DNA of 43,532 nt from a bacterium (GCA_023251975.1 JAHEXU010000003.1:1-43532), one strand, 5' to 3'. Positions 8,521-17,742 are shown, numbered from the stretch's first letter. Notes: generated by a model not told the origin, from the letters alone. Numbers and translations: made by a program.

Positions 8521-10776
8521 ATGAGTATGTTTGAGGTCAGCCGAGTCTCGGTCGAGATCGGCGGCCAGGAGATCTCCCTGGAGACCGGCAAGTTCGCGCG
8601 CCAAGCCGGCGGCGCCGTGGTTGTCCGCTCGGGAGAGACAATGGTTCTTTGCACCGCGACCGCCGGTGATCCACGCGACTTCGACTTTCTGCCGCTGACG
8701 GTGGATGTCGAGGAGCGCCACTACGCGATCGGCAAGATCCCGGGGTCGTTCTTCAGGCGCGAGGCGCGGGCAGGCGAGAAGGCCACCCTGACGGCGCGAA
8801 TGATCGATCGTCCGATCCGGCCGCTGTTTCCGAAGGGCTGGAATCGCGAGACCCAGCTGATCGCACAGCCGATGTCGGTCTCGTTCGATAACCCCTACGA
8901 CATCCTGGCGATGAACGGGATCTCCGCCGCGGTGGCGATATCTGAGATTCCGGTTGCCAAGCACGTCGGCGCGGTTCGGGTCGGCAAGCTCGGTGGAGAG
9001 TTCATCGTCAATCCGTCCGAAGAGGACTACGACGAGCTCGAGATGGACCTGGTTGTCTCCGGGACCGACGAGGCGATCTTGATGGTCGAATGCGGCTCAA
9101 GTGGCGTCACCGAGCAAGAGGTGCTCGACGCGCTTGACATCGCGCACGGCGAGATCAAGAAGCTGTGCGCCGCGATGGAGGAGTTGCGCGCCAAGGCGGG
9201 TAAGGCGAAGGCCGAGGTGGTCACCCCGGTGATCGATTCCGAGGCTCTGGCCGCGATCGAGTCGGGCTTTGCGGCCAAGCTCGATGCCGCCACCCAGGTG
9301 CCGGACAAGCTGGCTCGCCAGGATGCGATCAACGAGGTCAAGGCATCGGCGCTCGCCGAGCTTGCCGCCCCAAGCGGTGAGGATGATGCCGACCAGGCCC
9401 GTCAAGGCGCGGTCTCGATGGCGTTCGCGAAGTTCGAGAAGGACATGATTCGTCGGCGGATCGCGGTTGACAAACGTCGTCCCGACGGGCGTGCCGCCGA
9501 CGAGATCCGGCGGATCGAGACCGAGGTCGACATCTCGCCGCGAGTCCACGGCTCGGCCCTGTTTACCCGGGGAGAGACCCAGATTCTGTCCAACGTCGCG
9601 CTCGGCACGACCCGGATGGACATGAAGATCGACAACCTCTCGCTGCAGGAGACCAAGACCTTCTTCCACCACTACAACTTCCCGCCGTTCTCGGTTGGCG
9701 AAGCGCGTCCGATGCGCGGCCCAAAGCGGCGTGACATTGGTCACGGTGCACTGGCGGAGCGGGCTTTGGCCGCCTCGATCCCGAGTCAGGAGGAGTTCCC
9801 GTATGTGACCCGGGTGGTCTCGGAGACCCTGGAGTCAAACGGCTCCAGCTCGATGGGTTCGGTCTGCGCCTCGTCAATGGCGTTGCAGGCGGCGGGTGTG
9901 CCGGTCTCGGGCCCGGTTGCCGGGGTCGCGATGGGGCTGATCAAGGAGGGCGATGACTACATCGTCCTGACCGATATCGCCGGCGTCGAGGACCACCTCG
10001 GAGACATGGACTTCAAGGTCGCTGGCTTTGAGGACGGGATCACCGCGCTGCAGATGGACATCAAGATCACCGGGGTGACGATGGAGATCCTGACCGACGC
10101 GCTCGAGCAGGCGCGCCAGGGTCGGCTCTTCATCCTCGCTGAGATGGCGAAGGCGATTGACGCCCCGCGCGAGGGTCTGTCGGAGTACGCGCCGCGGATC
10201 GAGTCGATCAAGATCGACCCCGACAAGATCGGCGCCGTGATCGGCAAGGGCGGCGAGACGATTCGTGGCCTGTGCGAGGAGTTCGAGGCCGAGATCGATG
10301 TCGAAGACGACGGGACCGTCCGCGTTTACGCGACCAACGGCACCTTGGTCGACGGCTGCATCGCCCGGATCTCGGCGATGACTCGGGAGGCGGAGATCGG
10401 TGACACCTTCACCGGCAAGGTCGTCAAGACGACGACCTTTGGCGCCTTTGTCGAGCTCGTCAAGGGGACCGATGGTCTCCTCCACATCTCCAATGTCAAG
10501 CCCGGTCAACGGGTTGCGGCGGTTGAGGATGAGCTCAACGCGGGCGACGAGATCGACGTGACCGTGGTCGAGCGCGATCGTGAACGCGGCCGGATCGGCC
10601 TGCGGCTCTCCAGCGACCCGGCGATCGCCGACAAGACTCCCGAGGAACTTGCCGCGATTGGTAACGGTGGCGGTGGCGGAGATCGCGGTCCGCGGCGCAG
10701 TGGCGGCGGTGATCGTGGCGGCGATCGACGCGGTCGCCGCGGCGGCGGCGGCGGTGGTGACCGGGGACGCCGTTGA
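8521..10776 (+). CDS. pnp: polyribonucleotide nucleotidyltransferase (PNPase) with Arg/Gly-rich tail
   Basis: Two RNase PH domains, then a KH domain (IGAVIGKGGETIRGL) and an S1 domain (GKVVKTTTFGAFVEL). The C-terminal 38 aa are a GGGDRGxRR-type tail. Confidence 0.97.
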   Translation: MSMFEVSRVSVEIGGQEISLETGKFARQAGGAVVVRSGETMVLCTATAGDPRDFDFLPLTVDVEERHYAIGKIPGSFFRREARAGEKATLTARMIDRPIRPLFPKGWNRETQLIAQPMSVSFDNPYDILAMNGISAAVAISEIPVAKHVGAVRVGKLGGEFIVNPSEEDYDELEMDLVVSGTDEAILMVECGSSGVTEQEVLDALDIAHGEIKKLCAAMEELRAKAGKAKAEVVTPVIDSEALAAIESGFAAKLDAATQVPDKLARQDAINEVKASALAELAAPSGEDDADQARQGAVSMAFAKFEKDMIRRRIAVDKRRPDGRAADEIRRIETEVDISPRVHGSALFTRGETQILSNVALGTTRMDMKIDNLSLQETKTFFHHYNFPPFSVGEARPMRGPKRRDIGHGALAERALAASIPSQEEFPYVTRVVSETLESNGSSSMGSVCASSMALQAAGVPVSGPVAGVAMGLIKEGDDYIVLTDIAGVEDHLGDMDFKVAGFEDGITALQMDIKITGVTMEILTDALEQARQGRLFILAEMAKAIDAPREGLSEYAPRIESIKIDPDKIGAVIGKGGETIRGLCEEFEAEIDVEDDGTVRVYATNGTLVDGCIARISAMTREAEIGDTFTGKVVKTTTFGAFVELVKGTDGLLHISNVKPGQRVAAVEDELNAGDEIDVTVVERDRERGRIGLRLSSDPAIADKTPEELAAIGNGGGGGDRGPRRSGGGDRGGDRRGRRGGGGGGDRGRR

Positions 10777-12098
10777 GCCAAGACCGCGTCGTCGGCTCAA
10801 CGAATCCGGGCGGTGGCGTCGAGCTGCCGCCCGGGGTCGAGCTGACAACACTCGATAACGGAGTCAGGATTGTGACCGAGGCAATGCCCTCGGTCCGATC
10901 GGTCTCGCTCGGCATCTGGGTTCGGACCGGCTCGCGCGATGAGTCAGCCGGGCAAGAGGGGGTCTCGCACTTTCTCGAACACCTCCTCTTCAAAGGGACG
11001 CCGAACTACTCGGCGACCGACATCTCGGAGGTATTCGACGGCCTTGGTGCGGCGGTCAACGCCTCGACCTCGAAGGAGGTGACCAACCTCTACGCCCGCT
11101 TTCTCGACGAGCACACCGATCGTGCCGTCGCGGTCCTCGCCGAGATGTTCCTGCAGCCGACCTTCCCCGAGATCGACTCGGAGCGCCAGGTCGTGTTGGA
11201 GGAGATCGCGATGTATGAGGACGAGCCCTCCGATCGGGTCCACGATGTTCTCAGCGCCGCGATGTTTGGCTCGCACCCGCTCGGCAAGCGAGTTCTTGGC
11301 GCCGCCGAAGTGATCGCGGCGATCCCGGTCCCGGAGATCGCCGCCTACCACCAGGACCGCTACCGCGGTTCGAACCTGGTCGTCGCGGCGGCTGGCAGCC
11401 TCGACCACGACAAAATCGTCGAGTTGACCGAGAAGTGCCTACTCGCGTCCGCCGAGCCGCTCGCGTCCCGCCCCAACGGAGCCGCCGCGACGACTTCAGC
11501 GTCCCTTTGCTTTTACCCCAAGGACACCGAGCAGTATCACCTCTGCATCGGCGCCCCGGGTCTTGCCCGCGACGACGATCGCCGCTATGTCCTATCCGTG
11601 CTCGATTCGATCTTCGGCGGTTCGACCTCGTCACGGTTGTTTCGCGAGGTCCGCGAGAAGCGCGGCCTCGCCTATGCGGTTGGGTCATATAACGAGGGCT
11701 ATGCCGATTGCGGCATCTCGGCGGTCTATGTCGGGACTCGCGCCGACAACGTCACCGAGGCCTGCCGGGTGATCGGTGAGGAGATGGCCTTGATCCGCGA
11801 CGAGGGCGTCACCGCGGCGGAGCTGGAGCGCGCAAAAGAGTCGGTCAAGGGCCGGATGGTGCTCGGCCTCGAGTCAACCTCGGCCCGGATGGTGCGAGTC
11901 GCCCGGCCGATCCTGCTCGACCTCGAGCTGCCGCCAATTGACGAGACCCTGGCCCGAATCGACGCGGTCAGCCTGTCCGATGTCGCCGCCCTTTCCGCCG
12001 AGCTGTTCGCCCCCGAGCGACTCAGTGCCGCCTGCATCGGCCCCGACGAGTCCCACTTCCGCGCCGCCCTCGGCCCGGTCTCCGAAACCCTCGGGTAG
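10773..12098 (+). CDS. M16 family zinc peptidase (PepR-like)
   Basis: Inverted zinc motif HFLEHLLFKGT (HxxEH). Sits directly after pnp, as in other actinobacteria. Start overlaps the pnp stop. Confidence 0.9.
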   Translation: MSQDRVVGSTNPGGGVELPPGVELTTLDNGVRIVTEAMPSVRSVSLGIWVRTGSRDESAGQEGVSHFLEHLLFKGTPNYSATDISEVFDGLGAAVNASTSKEVTNLYARFLDEHTDRAVAVLAEMFLQPTFPEIDSERQVVLEEIAMYEDEPSDRVHDVLSAAMFGSHPLGKRVLGAAEVIAAIPVPEIAAYHQDRYRGSNLVVAAAGSLDHDKIVELTEKCLLASAEPLASRPNGAAATTSASLCFYPKDTEQYHLCIGAPGLARDDDRRYVLSVLDSIFGGSTSSRLFREVREKRGLAYAVGSYNEGYADCGISAVYVGTRADNVTEACRVIGEEMALIRDEGVTAAELERAKESVKGRMVLGLESTSARMVRVARPILLDLELPPIDETLARIDAVSLSDVAALSAELFAPERLSAACIGPDESHFRAALGPVSETLG

Positions 12099-12235
12099 TC
12101 CGCCGCGCAATGACCGCGCAGGTCGGAGGCCAGCCCCAGTGATCGCCGAAGGATCGCCTATGCGGACTTTGTGTGATAGGTTCGTCGCGGTTCAATCAAG
12201 AGGGCAAGCGGTGGTGGATTGAAGGGTCGCCGGTC

Positions 12236-12676
12236 ATGCAGGCCCACGACAGAGGCATCGGGGCCGGGCAGGAGGACACGATCACGAGCCGACAGACCAT
12301 GCCGACACGGATCGAAGCCCGGGCGGGTAACGACACAGTCTTTGGCGGCACAGATGACGACAGCATCATTGGTGAAGGCGGCGACGATGAGGTTCGTGCC
12401 GATGACGGCGGTGACTGGGACCGAGCCCTCAGTGGAACCGGAAAGTGGATTGCGGGCCTCCTCGGGAACGATGGAACGATGGTTGGGACGAAATCTACGG
12501 GGGTGACGGCATCGACATCTTGACCGGCGATGCTGGCGAAGACGACCTCTTCGGGAACGAGGGGGACGACATCCTAATCGGCACTGGCGACGGCGGCGAC
12601 AGAGACGTTCTCGACGGCGGCGGCGGTAACGACAATTGGCAAGCCGGGGCAGAACGACGTGACCATGAACTGCTAA
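12236..12676 (+). pseudogene. RTX-like (GGxGxD repeat) calcium-binding protein gene, frameshifted by an 8-bp tandem duplication
   Basis: Frame 2 reads GNDTVFGGTDDDSIIGEGGDDEVRADDGGD...LLGNDG. The repeats continue in frame 1 as DGWDEIYGGDGIDILTGDAGEDDLFGNEGDDILIGTGDGGDRDVLDGGGGND. The frames switch exactly at GAACGATGGAACGATG (12466-12481). The 3' end is uncertain. Confidence 0.55.
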
Positions 12677-12715
12677 GCCCATGCCTCTGCCAGCCGCACC
12701 TAACCGTCCTCGCTC

Positions 12716-12750
12716 GAACGGAGGGGCCGCCGTCCGCGGCCCCTCCGTTC
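12716..12750. terminator. perfect 15-bp stem / 5-nt loop GC-rich hairpin (terminator-like, no U tract)
   Basis: GAACGGAGGGGCCGC cgtcc GCGGCCCCTCCGTTC read directly. Lies just after the RTX-like repeats end. Confidence 0.45.
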
Positions 12751-12961
12751 GTCGATCTGCTGCCGTCGTGGCCATTCTCGCCGCAGGTTGTGTGGCCTCA
12801 ATCTTCGCGACCGATGCATCCGCGCTACTCAAACACAGTGGATCGCGTTTCGCATTTCGGGCTTGGAGTTCGAGCTCCCCTGCGATTCCCGGCGATTCCT
12901 CGGACCGTGGACGCCCTGAGGGCAATCGCCGCCGTTACCGAACCGAACTCTGGCTCAATCG

Positions 12962-13798
12962 ATGGGGTGGCGGCTGTGGGAGACCACCCAACTCGAGGGG
13001 CGGTCGGTCGATCGGAACGGGTCGGCCGGTGGGTGCAACTTGCCCGAAACTCTCGTCCAATACATCATGGAGAACAACGGGATCTGCCCGCCGTATAGCC
13101 GCTTCTCGTTTTCCCTGGTCGACTCGCGTCTCGTGCCGGGCCAGCCGGTCGGCAATCTTCCGAAATTTAGCTTTGGCGGCCATTCGATCGACAATCTGAG
13201 GGGTGATCAGGCGCGGGTCGAACACGCGATTCGGGTCGAGGCCCACCGCGCAGGTCGGTCACAACCGATCGCGCGCGCCTCGGCGCTTCGTTTCGCCGCG
13301 GCCGCCTCGATCTTGCAGAATCCGCTCGCGAGCCGGGCGACGAGGGCGGCGGCGGTACGAGCGCTGCGCGCCGAACCGAAGGTTTCACATAGCGCCGATG
13401 TGATCGACCCGCGCGGCCGGGATGCCGAGTTGGTGACGATCCCCGATGGGAGCCATGCAGGCACGGTCGTCTTCTCCGGCCCTGACGGCAGCGTCGAGTA
13501 TGACCTCACCGACAGTGTCGGGATGCGCCAAGAACTCTACTACGCGCCCGGCACTTTTCACCTGCTCTCGCGCCGGACGGTGCTGGTGTCAACGGCCCTG
13601 AAGGAACTCCAGGACTGGCTTGCGGCGAAGGGTGGCGAACGAACGCTTGAACGGATCGTCTACTCACCGGTCCGCCTACGACGCAACCACCGGATTCGCC
13701 AGACGCGCGTCCCCTGCGAGTCAATCGGCGAAGTATCGGACGGGGTCTGCATCCAGCTCGGAGGACGGGGCGGCAGCCACATCGTGATCGGGGGCTAA
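12962..13798 (+). CDS. hypothetical protein (start uncertain, probably well downstream of 12962)
   Basis: Third-position G/C is high in this frame from about 13200 onward. The product (VIDPRGRDAELVTIPDGSHAGTVVFSGPDGSVEYDL...) has no motif I recognise. Confidence 0.3.
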   Translation: MGWRLWETTQLEGRSVDRNGSAGGCNLPETLVQYIMENNGICPPYSRFSFSLVDSRLVPGQPVGNLPKFSFGGHSIDNLRGDQARVEHAIRVEAHRAGRSQPIARASALRFAAAASILQNPLASRATRAAAVRALRAEPKVSHSADVIDPRGRDAELVTIPDGSHAGTVVFSGPDGSVEYDLTDSVGMRQELYYAPGTFHLLSRRTVLVSTALKELQDWLAAKGGERTLERIVYSPVRLRRNHRIRQTRVPCESIGEVSDGVCIQLGGRGGSHIVIGG

Positions 13799-13976
13799 CG
13801 GGCGCTTTTCGCTCCGCAGCCGACATGCTTGCGAGACCACATCGGCCAGACTCCGGGCAATCGCCCAAGCCCCGCGCACGGCTTCGTAGTCCGGCTCGTC
13901 GTGAGTCGCGGGCTTCCGGAGCATCCAGCGCGACGATCTTCCCTTGCCGCAGGTGGGCGCGCGCGGCCAGGTAAAC

Positions 13977-14543
13977 TCAGCTCCACATCGAATCGAGCGC
14001 CTCGCGCGCAGGCGAACTTCGGTGTTCCGGCAAAACGAAGTCGACTTCGTCCTTCGGCGTTCGCTGCCATGCGATCGGCCTAGCCAACATGTGTCCGTTG
14101 GCCAGATCGGCAAAATCCTCGTTATCGGGGCGGTAATAGACGCCGTACCAAGCTTGTGAGCGCTTGTTATGCGAATCCCTCGCGAGGGCGATCATTCCGA
14201 AGCTCGACGGATCTTGGTTCGGCGTAATCGTGAAGAACGAGAAGACGGCTCGGTTGCCGTGCGCGTAGCCATGGATCGACCACTTTCGATCTTCTTCTTC
14301 GGGCGGCGAGTTCCGATGGAACTCGCCGAAAAGGAGCGGGCCGTCCTGACTGAGGTGGACGGTGTCGAGTCGGCGAGGAACGCCGTCGATCGGAAGGATC
14401 TCTTGGTACCAGACCCCGGCGAAGCGACCCCGGCGATCGATTCGGCGACGCATCCAGTTGGCATAGGCCGCCTGGATCGCGATTCCAGTGGCTGCTCCCA
14501 GGAAGATTTCCGGGACATTGATCGCGGCGGTCAGCACATACAT
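13977..14543 (-). CDS. hypothetical protein with N-terminal hydrophobic helix
   Basis: 188-aa ORF in a visibly lower-GC patch. N-terminus MYVLTAAINVPEIFLGAATGIAIQAAYANWM looks like a membrane anchor. No recognisable family. Confidence 0.45.
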   Translation of the reverse strand: MYVLTAAINVPEIFLGAATGIAIQAAYANWMRRRIDRRGRFAGVWYQEILPIDGVPRRLDTVHLSQDGPLLFGEFHRNSPPEEEDRKWSIHGYAHGNRAVFSFFTITPNQDPSSFGMIALARDSHNKRSQAWYGVYYRPDNEDFADLANGHMLARPIAWQRTPKDEVDFVLPEHRSSPAREALDSMWS

Positions 14544-14619
14544 CGAGGAGCCAGCCTAGTTAAATGGACGCACCCTTCGCCGCGCGACCTTCGGGATGGG
14601 AATCGAGCCCAATTGCGGG

Positions 14620-14735
14620 TCAGTCGGCAGCGGTGTAGAGGACTTGCCAGACCGGGTCAGCCGAAGTCACGAGAGGCAGTTCGCGTTCTGACTCATCAAG
14701 AACTCGCAACATGGCGTTGAACCCGTGCCATCTGC
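14620..14735 (-). pseudogene. remnant of a TetR-family regulator C-terminus
   Basis: The minus strand reads ...HGFNAMLRVLDESERELPLVTSADPVWQVLYTAAD*. It aligns codon for codon with the end of the TetR at 16475 (...RGFNDMLRVREDSERKLLLDSLADLVWQALYALAD*). No N-terminal HTH remains. Confidence 0.45.
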
Positions 14736-14944
14736 GTTGTCCCGCCCGCCCGTCCGATCCTCCTGTCAGCCGAGAAGCAATCGGCTGCCGACCGAGAGCT
14801 CGATCCGGAGCGTGGGCGTATGGCCTCTCCGCAAGCCCCGCAGCGAGCAGGCGAGATCAAGACCTGGGATTCGCCGGTGAAGGAGCGAACCCCCGGCGGG
14901 CGCCTGGTCGCGAACAGAGATCCGCGCGCCGCCGGGGTTGGCGT

Positions 14945-16306
14945 TTATGCGTTGCGAGCGGCGAGCGCAACCGGCGCCCCAAGGCCCGCACTGCGGCCGT
15001 GCAGGATCACGGGGGTGCCGCGCTTCGGCGAGAAGGTGACGTTTCGCCGTGCGATTCGCTCCTGTTTCGGCGATGCGGCCTCGAGTTCGCAGCGCCCGAG
15101 GATCTCGCGTAGGGCGATCCGCATCTCGAGTTCGGCGAAGGCGGCACCGAGGCAGCGTCGCACGCCGCCGCCGAACGGGATCCACGAGTAAGTCCCGGGG
15201 CTCTGGTCGAGGAAGCGCTCGGGCTTGAAGGCGAGCGGGTCGGGGTAGATCTCGGGGTCGGTGTGGGTGAGCCAGATCGCGGGGGCGACATCGGCGCCGG
15301 CTGGCAGTTCGATCCCGCTGCGGAGCCGCAGCGGCGCGGCAAGTCGTCGCCCCGCGAGCGGTACGACGGGCCGTAGCCGCAGCGACTCGGTCACGGTCGC
15401 GCGCAGGTACTCGGCGCCGCCGTCGCGCACCTCCGCGACCAGTCGGCCTCGCGCCGCCGGGTTGCGCAAGAGCAGATCGAAACTCCAGGCCAGCCCGGTC
15501 GCGGTCGTCTCGTGGCCAGCCAGCAGCAGCGTCATCAGCTGGTCGCGAAGCTCACCGTCGGAGATCGGCTCCCCGTCTTGGAATCGGGCCGCGACCAGCA
15601 GCGAGAGGATGTCCTCACGCTCCGCCGCGGCGGGGTCGGCGCGGCGCTCGGAGGCCTCCGCGGCGATGATCTCGTCGACCTCGATCAGCGACTCGCGTAG
15701 CGCCGCCAGCGGGTCGCTGATCCGCGTGATTCGCTGCGAGGCCAGGAAGCGGAGCTGCAGCGCGATACCGTTGGTCTGGTCGAGCATGTTTCCGAGCAGC
15801 CGTCGCAGCGGCCTCAGCCGTGATTCGTCGCTGACGCCGAAGACCGCGCGCAGGATCACCTCAAGCGTCACCGCCTGCATCCGTGGGTGGATCGGGAACG
15901 GCTCGCCGATCGGCCACGAATCGATCTCACGATTGACAGCCGTCGTGATCGCGTCTTCGTAGGTCCGCATCCGCTCGCCGTGAAACGGCGGCAGCATCAG
16001 TCGGCGCCGCTCGAGGTGCTCGCGGCCTTCGAGTAGTAGGACCGATCGCGCGCCCAGCAACGGCTCCAGCGTCGTCGTCCGGCCGGGCGGCAATCCGTTG
16101 GCCGGATCGCGGAACAACCCGGCGACATCGTCGGGGTGGCTGATCATCACCATCGGCGTCTCGAACCCCGGGAACATCAAGCTGAAGCTGTCGCCGTAGC
16201 GGGTCCGGCAGCGCTCCAGCAGCTCGATCGGTCGCGCCAGCCAGGCGATAAGCTGGGCAGCAGGCGGCAGGGGTAGGCGCGGCGGAGCAGTTGCAGTTGC
16301 GGACAT
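14945..16306 (-). CDS. cytochrome P450
   Basis: Heme-binding loop FGGGVRRCLGAAFA, ExxR motif ESLRLRP, I-helix LLLAGHETTA. Start placed at the internal MSATATA (16306) of ORF 14945-16432. Confidence 0.9.
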   Translation of the reverse strand: MSATATAPPRLPLPPAAQLIAWLARPIELLERCRTRYGDSFSLMFPGFETPMVMISHPDDVAGLFRDPANGLPPGRTTTLEPLLGARSVLLLEGREHLERRRLMLPPFHGERMRTYEDAITTAVNREIDSWPIGEPFPIHPRMQAVTLEVILRAVFGVSDESRLRPLRRLLGNMLDQTNGIALQLRFLASQRITRISDPLAALRESLIEVDEIIAAEASERRADPAAAEREDILSLLVAARFQDGEPISDGELRDQLMTLLLAGHETTATGLAWSFDLLLRNPAARGRLVAEVRDGGAEYLRATVTESLRLRPVVPLAGRRLAAPLRLRSGIELPAGADVAPAIWLTHTDPEIYPDPLAFKPERFLDQSPGTYSWIPFGGGVRRCLGAAFAELEMRIALREILGRCELEAASPKQERIARRNVTFSPKRGTPVILHGRSAGLGAPVALAARNA

Positions 16307-16474
16307 CGCCGACGAGGATACGGATGTCCCGATCGCGGCACCTGGCGCGGCATCCGGAACCGCCGCCGAGAGGTACCTCGACATTCCGATGCTCGGTGGC
16401 GTTGTACGCCCCAATCGGCTGCGTCGTCGCAACGCCGTCGACGCGACGGATTTCGTCTTTCCGCGGGGCTTCCC

Positions 16475-17104
16475 TCAGTCTGCAAGCGCGTAAAGGGCTT
16501 GCCAGACCAGGTCGGCCAGGCTGTCGAGGAGCAGCTTGCGTTCTGAATCCTCGCGAACCCGCAGCATGTCGTTGAACCCGCGCTCGATCATCGAGATCAG
16601 CCAAAACGCGGTCGGACGGGCCTCGAGGGTGGGATCGACGAAGCCGGCGGCGCTACCCTCGATGATGTGCCGTTGCAGCGCGTCAACCTGGGAGCGAAAC
16701 AGGTTCTGAGCAGTTTGTCGGACCTCGGCGTCGTAGGTTGCGGTTGCAAAAACGACAGCGAGGATGTCGGCGTGGGGGAGATAGGCGGTGGCAAATCGCT
16801 CCAGCATCTCGCCGAGTTGTTGCCTGGTGTGGCGGGCGCGGATCTCCAGCCACGGGACCGCCATCCGCTCCAGCTCCTCGCCGATCTCGACGGTCAACGA
16901 TCGCAGCAGGTCGGCCTTGTCTTCGAAGTAGACGTAGAAGGTCGATCGCGAGGTGCTGGCCTCCTGGGCGAGCCGTTCGACGCTGAGCGACGCGAAGTCG
17001 TTGCCGGATGAGTTGAGGCGGAGCACCGCCTCGAGCAGGCGGTCGCGGATCTCGAGGCGCTGGCGCTCGCGGCGGGTAGTCGGGTTGTTGGCGGGGCTGG
17101 CCAT
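16475..17104 (-). CDS. TetR/AcrR family transcriptional regulator
   Basis: HTH region SVERLAQEASTSRSTFYVYFEDKADLL. Start taken at MASPANN (17104), six nt below the upstream TetR stop. Confidence 0.85.
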   Translation of the reverse strand: MASPANNPTTRRERQRLEIRDRLLEAVLRLNSSGNDFASLSVERLAQEASTSRSTFYVYFEDKADLLRSLTVEIGEELERMAVPWLEIRARHTRQQLGEMLERFATAYLPHADILAVVFATATYDAEVRQTAQNLFRSQVDALQRHIIEGSAAGFVDPTLEARPTAFWLISMIERGFNDMLRVREDSERKLLLDSLADLVWQALYALAD

Positions 17105-17109
17105 CGCGC

Positions 17110-17742
17110 TCAGCGGTAGCCCTGGTAGAGGATCTTCCAAAGCAACCCACTGAGTGAGCGGAGCAGAGTCTCGCCGTGCTCGGTGGCGCGGCCGCGCGAA
17201 TACAGCAGGTAGAGGCCGCGCTCGCACATCCAGGTCAGCCACTCGGCGGTCCGGATCGAATCGAGGCTCGGGTTGACGTAGCCGATTGATTGGCCGTGAT
17301 CGATATGGTCGGCGAGGGCAGTCGCGGTCCGCTCGATCATCTCGTAATAGCGGGCGCGGATCTCCGGGTCATACGAGGTGCCCTCGGTCGCCGCCGCCAT
17401 CAGCAGGTGGTTGTCGCGGTAGGAGTTCCAAGCCGGCCGCAGCGAATCGAGCAGGTCGCTCGGCTCCGCTTCAATCGGCATCTCCCACCACGATCTTGCC
17501 GAGCTGACCAACTCCGCGAGCGCGCCGTCGACCAGCGCCTGCAAAAGCGAGCTTTTGTCTTCGAAATAGACGTAGAAGGTCGAGCGCGAAATTCGAGCGC
17601 TTTGAATCAGCTCCTCAACACTGAGCTCGGTGAACGTTTCGCCCCGGTTCATCAGCTCGATCACGGCATCGTGCAACGCGAGCTGGACCGCCGCTTGGCG
17701 CGCCTCGCGGTCGGCCTGCTGATTATTGTGGTCGGTCGGCAT
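17110..17742 (-). CDS. TetR/AcrR family transcriptional regulator (tandem paralogue)
   Basis: HTH region SVEELIQSARISRSTFYVYFEDKSSLL. The C-terminal domain is colinear with the neighbouring TetR. Confidence 0.88.
   Translation of the reverse strand: MPTDHNNQQADREARQAAVQLALHDAVIELMNRGETFTELSVEELIQSARISRSTFYVYFEDKSSLLQALVDGALAELVSSARSWWEMPIEAEPSDLLDSLRPAWNSYRDNHLLMAAATEGTSYDPEIRARYYEMIERTATALADHIDHGQSIGYVNPSLDSIRTAEWLTWMCERGLYLLYSRGRATEHGETLLRSLSGLLWKILYQGYR

Noticed and set aside
12935-13246. 103-aa minus-strand ORF (MGLDPNRVFDPRLITPQIVDRMAAKAKFRK...)
   Set aside because: It overlaps two plus-strand candidates. There is no recognisable motif and the codon bias is ambiguous. Left unannotated and discussed under the 12680-13800 finding.
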